The position numbers and the translations under genes are program-made. The notes under the pieces are model-generated. The model did no database searches. It was not told the DNA's origin and was given only the letters and a program-made list of their open reading frames with translations. From NCBI GenBank assembly GCA_964388435.1, contig CAYMAH010000029.1, positions 1 through 51,069 on the forward strand: DNA of 51,069 nt, written 5' to 3'. This DNA is from Candidatus Micrarchaeota archaeon. Its GTDB lineage: Archaea > Micrarchaeota > Micrarchaeia > Norongarragalinales > UBA8480. Shown here piece by piece: positions 16,541-22,853 of the stretch. How positions within the stretch are numbered: position 1 is the first letter of the stretch; the number at the start of each line of letters is the position of its first letter.

Positions 16541-17287
16541 ATGAGAACTCCTGCCGTGGCGGGTTCCTTTTACCCTTCAACTAAACAGCAATGCGTTGAA
16601 TTCATAGAATCAAACACCTGCGCTGAGAAGACAAGCTCTAAAATAGTAATAACACCCCACGCCGGCTGGGCTTTCTCAGGAAAAACAGCCATTCACTCTT
16701 TTCAATCACTAAAAAACATGGGTTTGAACAGATTTCTAATAATAGGCCCCTCTCACTATTTTTCAGAAGGCGTTTTTTTAAGCGGCCAGTCTTGGAAGAC
16801 TCCCCTGGGAACAGCAAAACACGATAAAAATCTGGTAGAACAACTTGGCTTTGAAGTAAATGAAAGTTTTCACAGGCCAGAACACTCAATTGAAGTTCAA
16901 ATTCCATTTCTGCAGTATTTTTTTAAAGAATTCACCTTTGCAGCTCTTCTTCTAGGCGACCAGTCTTGGAGTTCATGTCTGCAAGTGGCTAAATCCATTC
17001 CCGAAGACGTGGCGGTTATAGCAAGCTCCGACTTCACCCACTACGAACCGGAGGAAACCGCAAGAAGCAAGGATTTTGAAGCCATGGCCTTTGTTGAAAA
17101 ACTGAAATCAAGGGAATTTAACGAGCATGTTGAAAAAAACAACATTTCAATCTGCGGTTACGGTCCTATAACAATAGCAATTGAAGTGGCTAAAAGAAAT
17201 TGCAAGAAAGGAGTTTTATTGGATTTTTCAAATTCCGGGGAAACAGGAAGAGGAGTTGTGGATTACGTAAGCTTTGCTTTTGTTTAA
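16541..17287 (+). CDS. MEMO1 / AmmeMemoRadiSam system protein B family
   Basis: MRTPAVAGSFYPS...ITPHAGWAFSGKTA...IIGPSH...EHSIEVQIPFLQ. Confidence 0.85.
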   Translation: MRTPAVAGSFYPSTKQQCVEFIESNTCAEKTSSKIVITPHAGWAFSGKTAIHSFQSLKNMGLNRFLIIGPSHYFSEGVFLSGQSWKTPLGTAKHDKNLVEQLGFEVNESFHRPEHSIEVQIPFLQYFFKEFTFAALLLGDQSWSSCLQVAKSIPEDVAVIASSDFTHYEPEETARSKDFEAMAFVEKLKSREFNEHVEKNNISICGYGPITIAIEVAKRNCKKGVLLDFSNSGETGRGVVDYVSFAFV

Positions 17288-17480
17288 ATGGAGTGCAAGA
17301 ATGAGAGAAAGGAACAAATCAAGAAAATAATGGAAAACCTCCATGCGGTTGTCCTTTTCACTCCTGCTTCGCCACTGTCTCTTTTTTCTCCACAACACCT
17401 CTAGTTTAATTACAACGCTTGCTTAATATAAATATTTTTTGTTTTTTTTCACAATAGTAACATTGACTTAAGTCGAATTT

Positions 17481-17666
17481 TCAACTTAACTCATAGAAAA
17501 AATAAAGAGAAACGCTGCTGAAAACGCTTCCTAATATAACGAAGTTAGTAACCCCGTTTTCAATGAAATTAAACGCCAAGAGAAGGACAAACAAAACGAA
17601 TATTGCAATATTAAGATAAAAAATCGCTTTTCTAAGTTTCTTTTTTTCTTTCATTTTTTTCACCAT
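17481..17666 (-). CDS. Small membrane protein (2 TM)
   Basis: Basic N-terminus, then two hydrophobic helices. No family recognised. Confidence 0.4.
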   Translation of the reverse strand: MVKKMKEKKKLRKAIFYLNIAIFVLFVLLLAFNFIENGVTNFVILGSVFSSVSLYFFYELS

Positions 17667-17743
17667 AACCTTTTAAATACATTAGCATTACAATTATTTA
17701 AAACTTGCTTTAACTTAAAAAGCAATGAAAAAGAGGGTTTAGA

Positions 17744-17956
17744 ATGGATAATTATGAACGTTTTCAGTTCCCCCCCGCACCTGTAAAAGCGGGAGAAGAG
17801 TACGACGTTGAAATACTTGACCTGTCAAGAAGAGGAGATGGAGTGTGCAAGATCGAAAAATTCACGATCTTCGTCCCGGGAACCTCAAAAGGAGAAAAAT
17901 GCAGGATAATAATAAAAGAAGTTAAAAGAACTTTTGCAATAGGAGAAAGGGTTTAA
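17744..17956 (+). CDS. TRAM domain protein
   Basis: PVKAGEEYDVEILDLSRRGDGVCKIEKFTIFVPGTSKGEKCRIIIKEV is a stand-alone TRAM beta-barrel pattern. Confidence 0.85.
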   Translation: MDNYERFQFPPAPVKAGEEYDVEILDLSRRGDGVCKIEKFTIFVPGTSKGEKCRIIIKEVKRTFAIGERV

Positions 17957-17997
17957 GAACACAGAGGAAGCCCACACCGTTTACGGATGGGAGGATG

Positions 17998-18243
17998 TCA
18001 CATCAAACCCACTTCTTCAACGCTTACGCTGCTGACCCCCTGGATTTTGGAGATTTCCTCTTCAAAATCCCTTGCTTCGGAATCATCGCATATAAAAGAA
18101 ACTTTAATTGCCTTTGTTCCGAAGACATAATCCTCTATCTTGCCCGAGTTGTACCCGCTTATTTTCCTTAATTCTTCAAGCATTTTTTCTATCTTATCCT
18201 GCTCTTCGGGAACCACCGTTAAAAGCGTTAAAACTTTTCCCAT
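17998..18243 (-). CDS. ef1b: Elongation factor 1-beta (aEF-1beta)
   Basis: MGKVLTLLTVVPEEQDKIEKMLEELRKI...KVSFICDDSEARDFEEEISKIQGVSSVSVEEVGLM. The ATG at 18243 is preferred over the upstream track start. Confidence 0.88.
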   Translation of the reverse strand: MGKVLTLLTVVPEEQDKIEKMLEELRKISGYNSGKIEDYVFGTKAIKVSFICDDSEARDFEEEISKIQGVSSVSVEEVGLM

Positions 18244-18250
18244 TTCAAAA

Positions 18251-18406
18251 TCACGGTCCTTCAAAGCCGCAGGAACCGCAAACATAGGTGTTTCCAGTAT
18301 TCCTGCAATCTTCGCATCTTATAATAGTTTCAGTGCAATTTTCACCAGGGCATTGAAACTTCACGTACTTCAACGTGTTTCTGCCACAACTTGAACATAC
18401 TGCCAT
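18251..18406 (-). CDS. Zn-ribbon protein conserved upstream of aEF-1beta (COG2888-like); not in ORF track (51 aa)
   Basis: Own translation: MAVCSSCGRNTLKYVKFQCPGENCTETIIRCEDCRNTGNTYVCGSCGFEGP-stop. Four CxxC pairs. Linkage to ef1b is a known archaeal pattern. Confidence 0.7.
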   Translation of the reverse strand: MAVCSSCGRNTLKYVKFQCPGENCTETIIRCEDCRNTGNTYVCGSCGFEGP

Positions 18407-18480
18407 TTTTTTTCAATCAACCTCGATTATTCTTAGAAAGAATTAAATTATTAAACCTAAAATATTTAATCTTATCGGAA

Positions 18481-18585
18481 GGGGTTATAGTATAACTTGG
18501 ATTTTTTGTGAAAACCAAAAAGAACGGAAGCTTGCGGTTTAAATGCAAAAAGCTTCAAATCGGGGTTCAAATCCCCGTAACCCCG
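18481..18585 (+). tRNA. tRNA candidate, anticodon GCG (Arg), requiring two introns (D-loop approx 19 nt, anticodon loop 13 nt)
   Basis: Acceptor GGGGTTA/TAACCCC plus discriminator G. T-arm CGGGG-TTCAAAT-CCCCG. Anticodon stem GAAGC/GCTTC with loop TT-GCG-G[TTTAAATGCAAAA]A. U8, G10, A14 and G18G19 are present. An extra TTTTTTGTGAAAACCAAAA sits in the D-loop. T-run follows the 3' end and AT-rich TATA-like sequence lies upstream. Confidence 0.7.
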
Positions 18586-18629
18586 TTTTCAACAAACTAA
18601 TTTTAACCTTCTACTCCCTAATAAAACCA

Positions 18630-18947
18630 ATGTTCAGGAAAACAATCGAAGATTTTATTTGCGAGAACTGCGGTTTTAAGGTAAATGGCAATGGCTTTAC
18701 TGATCATTGCCCCAAATGCCTTGCAAGCAAGCACGTTGACATCGAACCAGGAGACAGGCTTTCAAAATGCGGGGGTTTGATGCTTCCAATAAGCGTGGAT
18801 TACTCAAACTATGAGTTTACGATAGTCTACAAGTGCTTTAAATGCGGTTCAATCAAAAGAGTTTCAGCGGCGCCTGACGATGAAAAGAAAAAGCTTGAAT
18901 CACTGACAAGTGCTAAAAAAAAAGCTTTAAGCAATAAATTTAAATAA
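18630..18947 (+). CDS. RNHCP domain protein (zinc-binding)
   Basis: FICENCGFKVNGNGFTDHCPKCLASKHVD...DRLSKCGGLMLP...YKCFKCGS resembles the RNHCP pattern. The ATG at 18630 is preferred because the track extension overlaps the tRNA. Confidence 0.7.
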   Translation: MFRKTIEDFICENCGFKVNGNGFTDHCPKCLASKHVDIEPGDRLSKCGGLMLPISVDYSNYEFTIVYKCFKCGSIKRVSAAPDDEKKKLESLTSAKKKALSNKFK

Positions 18948-18968
18948 TTTGATACCCAACTTTAAACA

Positions 18969-19646
18969 ATGAGCTCAATTCGATATCTCGGCCATTCAAG
19001 CTTTGAGATTAATCTAGAAGGAAGAATAATTTACACCGACCCGTGGTTCAATCCAAAGCCAAAAGAAATGACTCGAACCATACCCCCATTAATAAACGCT
19101 TTAGACATTAAAAAAGCGGATTTTATTTTAATAACGCACGAACACTTCGACCACTGCGATCCTTTCGACGTGGCTGGAATGGAAAAAAGAACTTTCGCAA
19201 GCGTTCTGGCACCGGAAGAAACCTTGGTAAAGCTTGACATTCCCGAGAACAAGAAAGTAAGCGTGAACGAAGAGGAAAGCTTTAACCTTCAAGGGGTAGA
19301 TTTCACCATAACCCAGGCAAAACACCCTCAAAGCGTGCACCCCGTGGGTTTTATTGTCGAATATAATGACAAAAGTTTTTATTTTGCAGGGGACACGTAT
19401 GATTTTTACGACATGAATTTAATAGACGTGGACGTTTCAATGATTCCAATAGGGGGAAAATACACGATGGATGTTCTAGCCGCCGTCAACGCTTTGAAGA
19501 GAATAAAAACAAGCTTTGTGATTCCAATGCACTATAATACTTTTCCTGCAATAAACGCCAACGTGGAGGATTTCGCAAAAAGAGTAAAGCAGGACACGAA
19601 ATGCATTCCCGTTGTTTTAAGGCCGGGAGGAGAGTTTAATTTTTAA
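18969..19646 (+). CDS. Metallo-beta-lactamase fold hydrolase (UPF0173-like)
   Basis: IRYLGHSSFEI...IYTDPWF...LITHEHFDHCD...AGDT...MHYNTF. Confidence 0.82.
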   Translation: MSSIRYLGHSSFEINLEGRIIYTDPWFNPKPKEMTRTIPPLINALDIKKADFILITHEHFDHCDPFDVAGMEKRTFASVLAPEETLVKLDIPENKKVSVNEEESFNLQGVDFTITQAKHPQSVHPVGFIVEYNDKSFYFAGDTYDFYDMNLIDVDVSMIPIGGKYTMDVLAAVNALKRIKTSFVIPMHYNTFPAINANVEDFAKRVKQDTKCIPVVLRPGGEFNF

Positions 19647-19663
19647 AAAAAAGGTGATTTAAA

Positions 19664-20044
19664 TTGATTTTAGGAGGAAGAATTCTGCAGGTAAGCGGAA
19701 ACAAGTCAAAGGACGAAAACCCGAAAAACTACAACGTGAATGTTAAAATAGACGAGGTCAAGTCAGAGAAAACCAGAAGCGTGATATTCTACACCTACAC
19801 AGTAGACTACGCCGACATTGGACAGTTAAACGTAAAAGGAGAGTTATACGTGGATGAAAAGGGTTTGGAAAAAGAATGGAAGGACAAAAAACAACTGCCC
19901 TCCCCCGCACTTGAAGACGTTTTAACAGCCATAATGTATTCAGGCTCAACAATAGGAACGCTTATGGCATTTGCTTTGAACCTAAGCGCGCCTCTAAACA
20001 TGCCTAAAGTGCAAATTCAAAAAAACGAGTCGCCGGCTAGCTGA
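19664..20044 (+). CDS. Hypothetical protein (126 aa)
   Basis: TTG start 5 nt after an A-run plus GGTGAT SD identical in style to the ribosomal protein genes. No family recognised. A faint SecB-like impression is not supported. Confidence 0.5.
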   Translation: MILGGRILQVSGNKSKDENPKNYNVNVKIDEVKSEKTRSVIFYTYTVDYADIGQLNVKGELYVDEKGLEKEWKDKKQLPSPALEDVLTAIMYSGSTIGTLMAFALNLSAPLNMPKVQIQKNESPAS

Positions 20045-20447
20045 ACTCTCCATAAGTGGAAAGCAAAGTCAAAACAAGAAAAACAGCTGCAACGTAAAGC
20101 GGAAGCGCTATTCCGAAGAAAAACGGTTGGTTTGAACAGCCGCTTGTGCAGAACTTAGGAGCAAAATAAGTGATGTAGGAAAGCCACAGCGAAACAATAA
20201 GCCCAACCAAACTAAGAACGGTTAAAACAACGGAAAGATTTTTTCTGTTAAAAGCTAAAATCGCAATGCCCACAACCGCGAGAATGAAAGATATTATTCT
20301 CAAAATCCAACAGTAAATGCAGGCTTGATATCCCATCAAGCTTAAGGCGATGCTTGTAACCCCGCTGATCAAGCTTATAATTATTATTAAAATAATCGTT
20401 TGCCTAAAATCAATAAAACGCATGTTTCCTTTTTTTGAAAGTAACAT
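20037..20447 (-). CDS. DsbB/BdbC-like membrane disulfide oxidoreductase candidate
   Basis: Four TM helices. CIYC after TM1 (GYQACIYCWILRI) and a second pair CTSGC in the TM3-TM4 loop. Confidence 0.5.
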   Translation of the reverse strand: MLLSKKGNMRFIDFRQTIILIIIISLISGVTSIALSLMGYQACIYCWILRIISFILAVVGIAILAFNRKNLSVVLTVLSLVGLIVSLWLSYITYFAPKFCTSGCSNQPFFFGIALPLYVAAVFLVLTLLSTYGEFS

Positions 20448-20517
20448 TTAAAAACATTATCGCCTCAAAATAATCAATTAAATCCGTTTCACTGCTTTAA
20501 AGCAGGAGGAGCTTATC

Positions 20518-21138
20518 ATGGAAAAAATAGAACAGGCAATAGAACAAGCACTTGCTTTCAAAGGAAAAAGAAAATTTCAGCAGAAGGTCGACCTAGCGGT
20601 AAACTTCGAAAGAGTGGACTTCAAAAAGCCGGAGAACAGGCCGTTAATTGAAATAACTCTTCCACACGCCCCCTCCGACTTCAAGATAGCGGTTTTTGCA
20701 GACGGTTCGCCCGCGGTGGAAGCAAAAAAATACGCGGACCTTGTAATAAGCGGGGCTGAAATACAAAATTACGTCACAGACAAAAAAAAGCAGAAAGAAC
20801 TTCTTAAATACCAGCTTTTGTCCACGCCGCAGTTAATGACCATTGTAGGAAAACAGCTAGGGCAGGTGTTAGGCTCCAAGGGAAAACTTCCAAAACCAAT
20901 ACCCCCGACAGCTGATTTGAAAAGCTTTATAGAAAAATCAAGAAAAACCATTTTTCTGAGAAGCAAGGGTAAATACCTTCCTGTTTTACACTGCATAATC
21001 GGAAATGAAAACATGAACAAAGAAGAGATAACTGAAAACGCGTCAGCGGTTTTGGACGTTCTAAGAAAAAAATACGGCGAAACCACCATAACAAGCGTTT
21101 ACGTAAAACTTACAATGGGAAAAGCCTTCAAAGCGTGA
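20518..21138 (+). CDS. rpl1: 50S ribosomal protein L1 (uL1)
   Basis: Position directly upstream of P0/P1. KFQQKVDLAVNF...IAVFADG...GKQLGQVLGSKGKLPKPIP. Confidence 0.88.
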   Translation: MEKIEQAIEQALAFKGKRKFQQKVDLAVNFERVDFKKPENRPLIEITLPHAPSDFKIAVFADGSPAVEAKKYADLVISGAEIQNYVTDKKKQKELLKYQLLSTPQLMTIVGKQLGQVLGSKGKLPKPIPPTADLKSFIEKSRKTIFLRSKGKYLPVLHCIIGNENMNKEEITENASAVLDVLRKKYGETTITSVYVKLTMGKAFKA

Positions 21139-21145
21139 ATTTAAA

Positions 21146-21955
21146 ATGATAACAAAAAACAAGAAAATAGAAACCGTCGAATTAATCTCAAAAAAACTCG
21201 ACTCTTACAAAACAATAGTGGTTGCAAGCATAGAAGGGCTTTCTTCAAAGCAGTACAATTCAATCAAAAAAAAGCTGAGAAAGGACGCGGAAATAATATT
21301 CGCAAGGAAAACACTTTTGAAAATGGCGTTGAAAAACAAGAACATCAACATTGAAGATAAAATGAAGGGAAGCGTTGTCCTGATTCTAACCAATCTAAAC
21401 GCCTTTAAAATCTACAACTTCCTAAAATCAAACAAGTCAAAAACAAAGGCGAAACCTGGAATGGTGGCGCTTTCAGAAATCATCATACCCGCTGGAGAAA
21501 CAAGTCTTGCTCCAGGCCCGGTGCTAACAGAATTAAAACAAGCCAAAATAGACGCAAGAATTCAAGGCCAAAAAATAGTGATTCTAAAAGACTGCGTTTT
21601 CATCAAAAAAGATGAGGCGGTATCAAACGAAAAATCTGCTATTCTGTCAAAACTTGGAATAGAGCCTTTCGAAAGCAGAATCTCAGTGATATCTGTTTAT
21701 GACAATGGACAATTATATTTAGGACGGGATCTTGACGTTGACGAAGAGCAGCTTAAAGCAAACCTTGCAATCGCAAGGCTTAACGCCATAACCCTTGCCG
21801 TTGAAATAGAACTATTCACTCCTTCAACCACGCCCTTAATCATTTCAAAGGCTTTTTCAAGAGCCAGGGCTTTGGAAGCCAAGATAAACGTTGAACAGGC
21901 GGTTAAAGAGGCTTCACCAAAACCAGAGCCTCCGACAGAACCTCAAAACAGTTAA
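21146..21955 (+). CDS. rplP0: 50S ribosomal protein P0 (uL10)
   Basis: L10/P0 N-terminal domain (KIETVELISKKLDSYKTIVVASIEGLSSKQYNSIKKKLR). Located between L1 and P1. Confidence 0.85.
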   Translation: MITKNKKIETVELISKKLDSYKTIVVASIEGLSSKQYNSIKKKLRKDAEIIFARKTLLKMALKNKNINIEDKMKGSVVLILTNLNAFKIYNFLKSNKSKTKAKPGMVALSEIIIPAGETSLAPGPVLTELKQAKIDARIQGQKIVILKDCVFIKKDEAVSNEKSAILSKLGIEPFESRISVISVYDNGQLYLGRDLDVDEEQLKANLAIARLNAITLAVEIELFTPSTTPLIISKAFSRARALEAKINVEQAVKEASPKPEPPTEPQNS

Positions 21956-22016
21956 ACTTTAAATTTTTTTTTTATTTTATTGAGAGTGTTTTTTAAAAAA
22001 AAAGGTGATTTTAAAT

Positions 22017-22301
22017 ATGGAATACGCTTACGCTATAATGCTTTTGCATGAAGCCAAAAAACCCGTGAACGAGGAAAACCTGAAAAAGGTTTTGAACGCC
22101 GCGGGAGTGGAGGTTTCAGAAGTTAAAATAAAGGCAATAATAACCTCAATCGAAGGTTTGAACATAGACGAAGTTTTGAAGCAGGCGGTTGTAAGTCAGG
22201 CTCCTTCAGCTCCTCAACAGAAAGAAGAGAAGAAAGAAGAGAAAAGCGAGGAGAAGAAAGAAGAAGAAGCCGCTGCAGGGCTAGCGTCATTATTCGGCTG
22301 A
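22017..22301 (+). CDS. rplP1: 50S ribosomal stalk protein P1 (aP1/L12e)
   Basis: MEYAYAIMLLHEAKKPVNEENLKKVLNAAGVEV...EEKKEEEAAAGLASLFG has the conserved stalk C-terminus. The ATG at 22017 follows GGTGAT. Confidence 0.9.
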   Translation: MEYAYAIMLLHEAKKPVNEENLKKVLNAAGVEVSEVKIKAIITSIEGLNIDEVLKQAVVSQAPSAPQQKEEKKEEKSEEKKEEEAAAGLASLFG

Positions 22302-22524
22302 TTTTTTTTGTTGAAAGCAAAAGGTTTTTTTTTATAATCAACCTTTGCTTCTAACAATAAACCATAAAAGCAAGCCCAACCGTCTAATTATAAGCTACTG
22401 TCGCAATTGACAAAAAAAAAGCGGCTTGGCGTATAAAGTCTAAAATCTGTGCATAACCCCTTACTTAACGTACAAAACCGAAAAAAAGCGAAAGGGTTAA
22501 AAACATTTATTAAAAAATTAAATC

Positions 22525-22737
22525 ATGCCTAAAAAACAAGTTTCAATTTCAACATACCGAACTGCCTTTGCGGTGTTCTGGTTTGGCGGGGCCTTTCTAA
22601 TAGCAATAAGCCTGATGCCTAATTCAGTGCCTCCTGTAATCGTTGGCGGAGTTAACTTTTTCCTGATAGCAGGCATCTACTTTGTTTTAACCGCTTTAGG
22701 AGTTTACCTGTACAAGCCAAAATCAATTGAATGGTAA
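22525..22737 (+). CDS. Small membrane protein (2 TM)
   Basis: Two hydrophobic helices. No family recognised. Confidence 0.4.
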   Translation: MPKKQVSISTYRTAFAVFWFGGAFLIAISLMPNSVPPVIVGGVNFFLIAGIYFVLTALGVYLYKPKSIEW

Positions 22738-22738
22738 A

Positions 22739-22768
22739 TTCAATGCAACATAGTTCAATGCAACATAG
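22739..22768 (+). repeat. Perfect 15-nt tandem duplication
   Basis: TTCAATGCAACATAG occurs twice back to back in the intergenic region upstream of rad50. Confidence 0.9.
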
Positions 22769-22853
22769 CTATTCGATTCAACTAACCCGCTTTTTCATTT
22801 GATTTATTTATTGCATCGGTTTTTTTAACTTATTCAACTTTAAAATAGTCCGT

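Noticed and set aside
17288-17404. 38-aa ORF MECKNERKEQIKKIMENLHAVVLFTPASPLSLFSPQHL
   Set aside because: No SD, no motif and no coupling to neighbours, so it is likely a chance ORF.
18543-18629. Track start of the RNHCP ORF (MQKASNRGSNPRNPVF...)
   Set aside because: It overlaps the T-arm and acceptor stem of the tRNA candidate. The conserved protein begins at the internal ATG at 18630.
22302-22524. 223-nt intergenic region after rplP1 as a possible structured ncRNA
   Set aside because: It is AT-rich with only one imperfect hairpin (AGCAAAAGGTT...AACCTTTGCT), consistent with a terminator. There are no conserved RNA family features.
22739-22768. Direct repeats as a CRISPR or mobile-element boundary
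   Set aside because: There are only two abutting 15-nt copies with no spacers. No cas, integrase or transposase genes are nearby, so this is simple slippage duplication.
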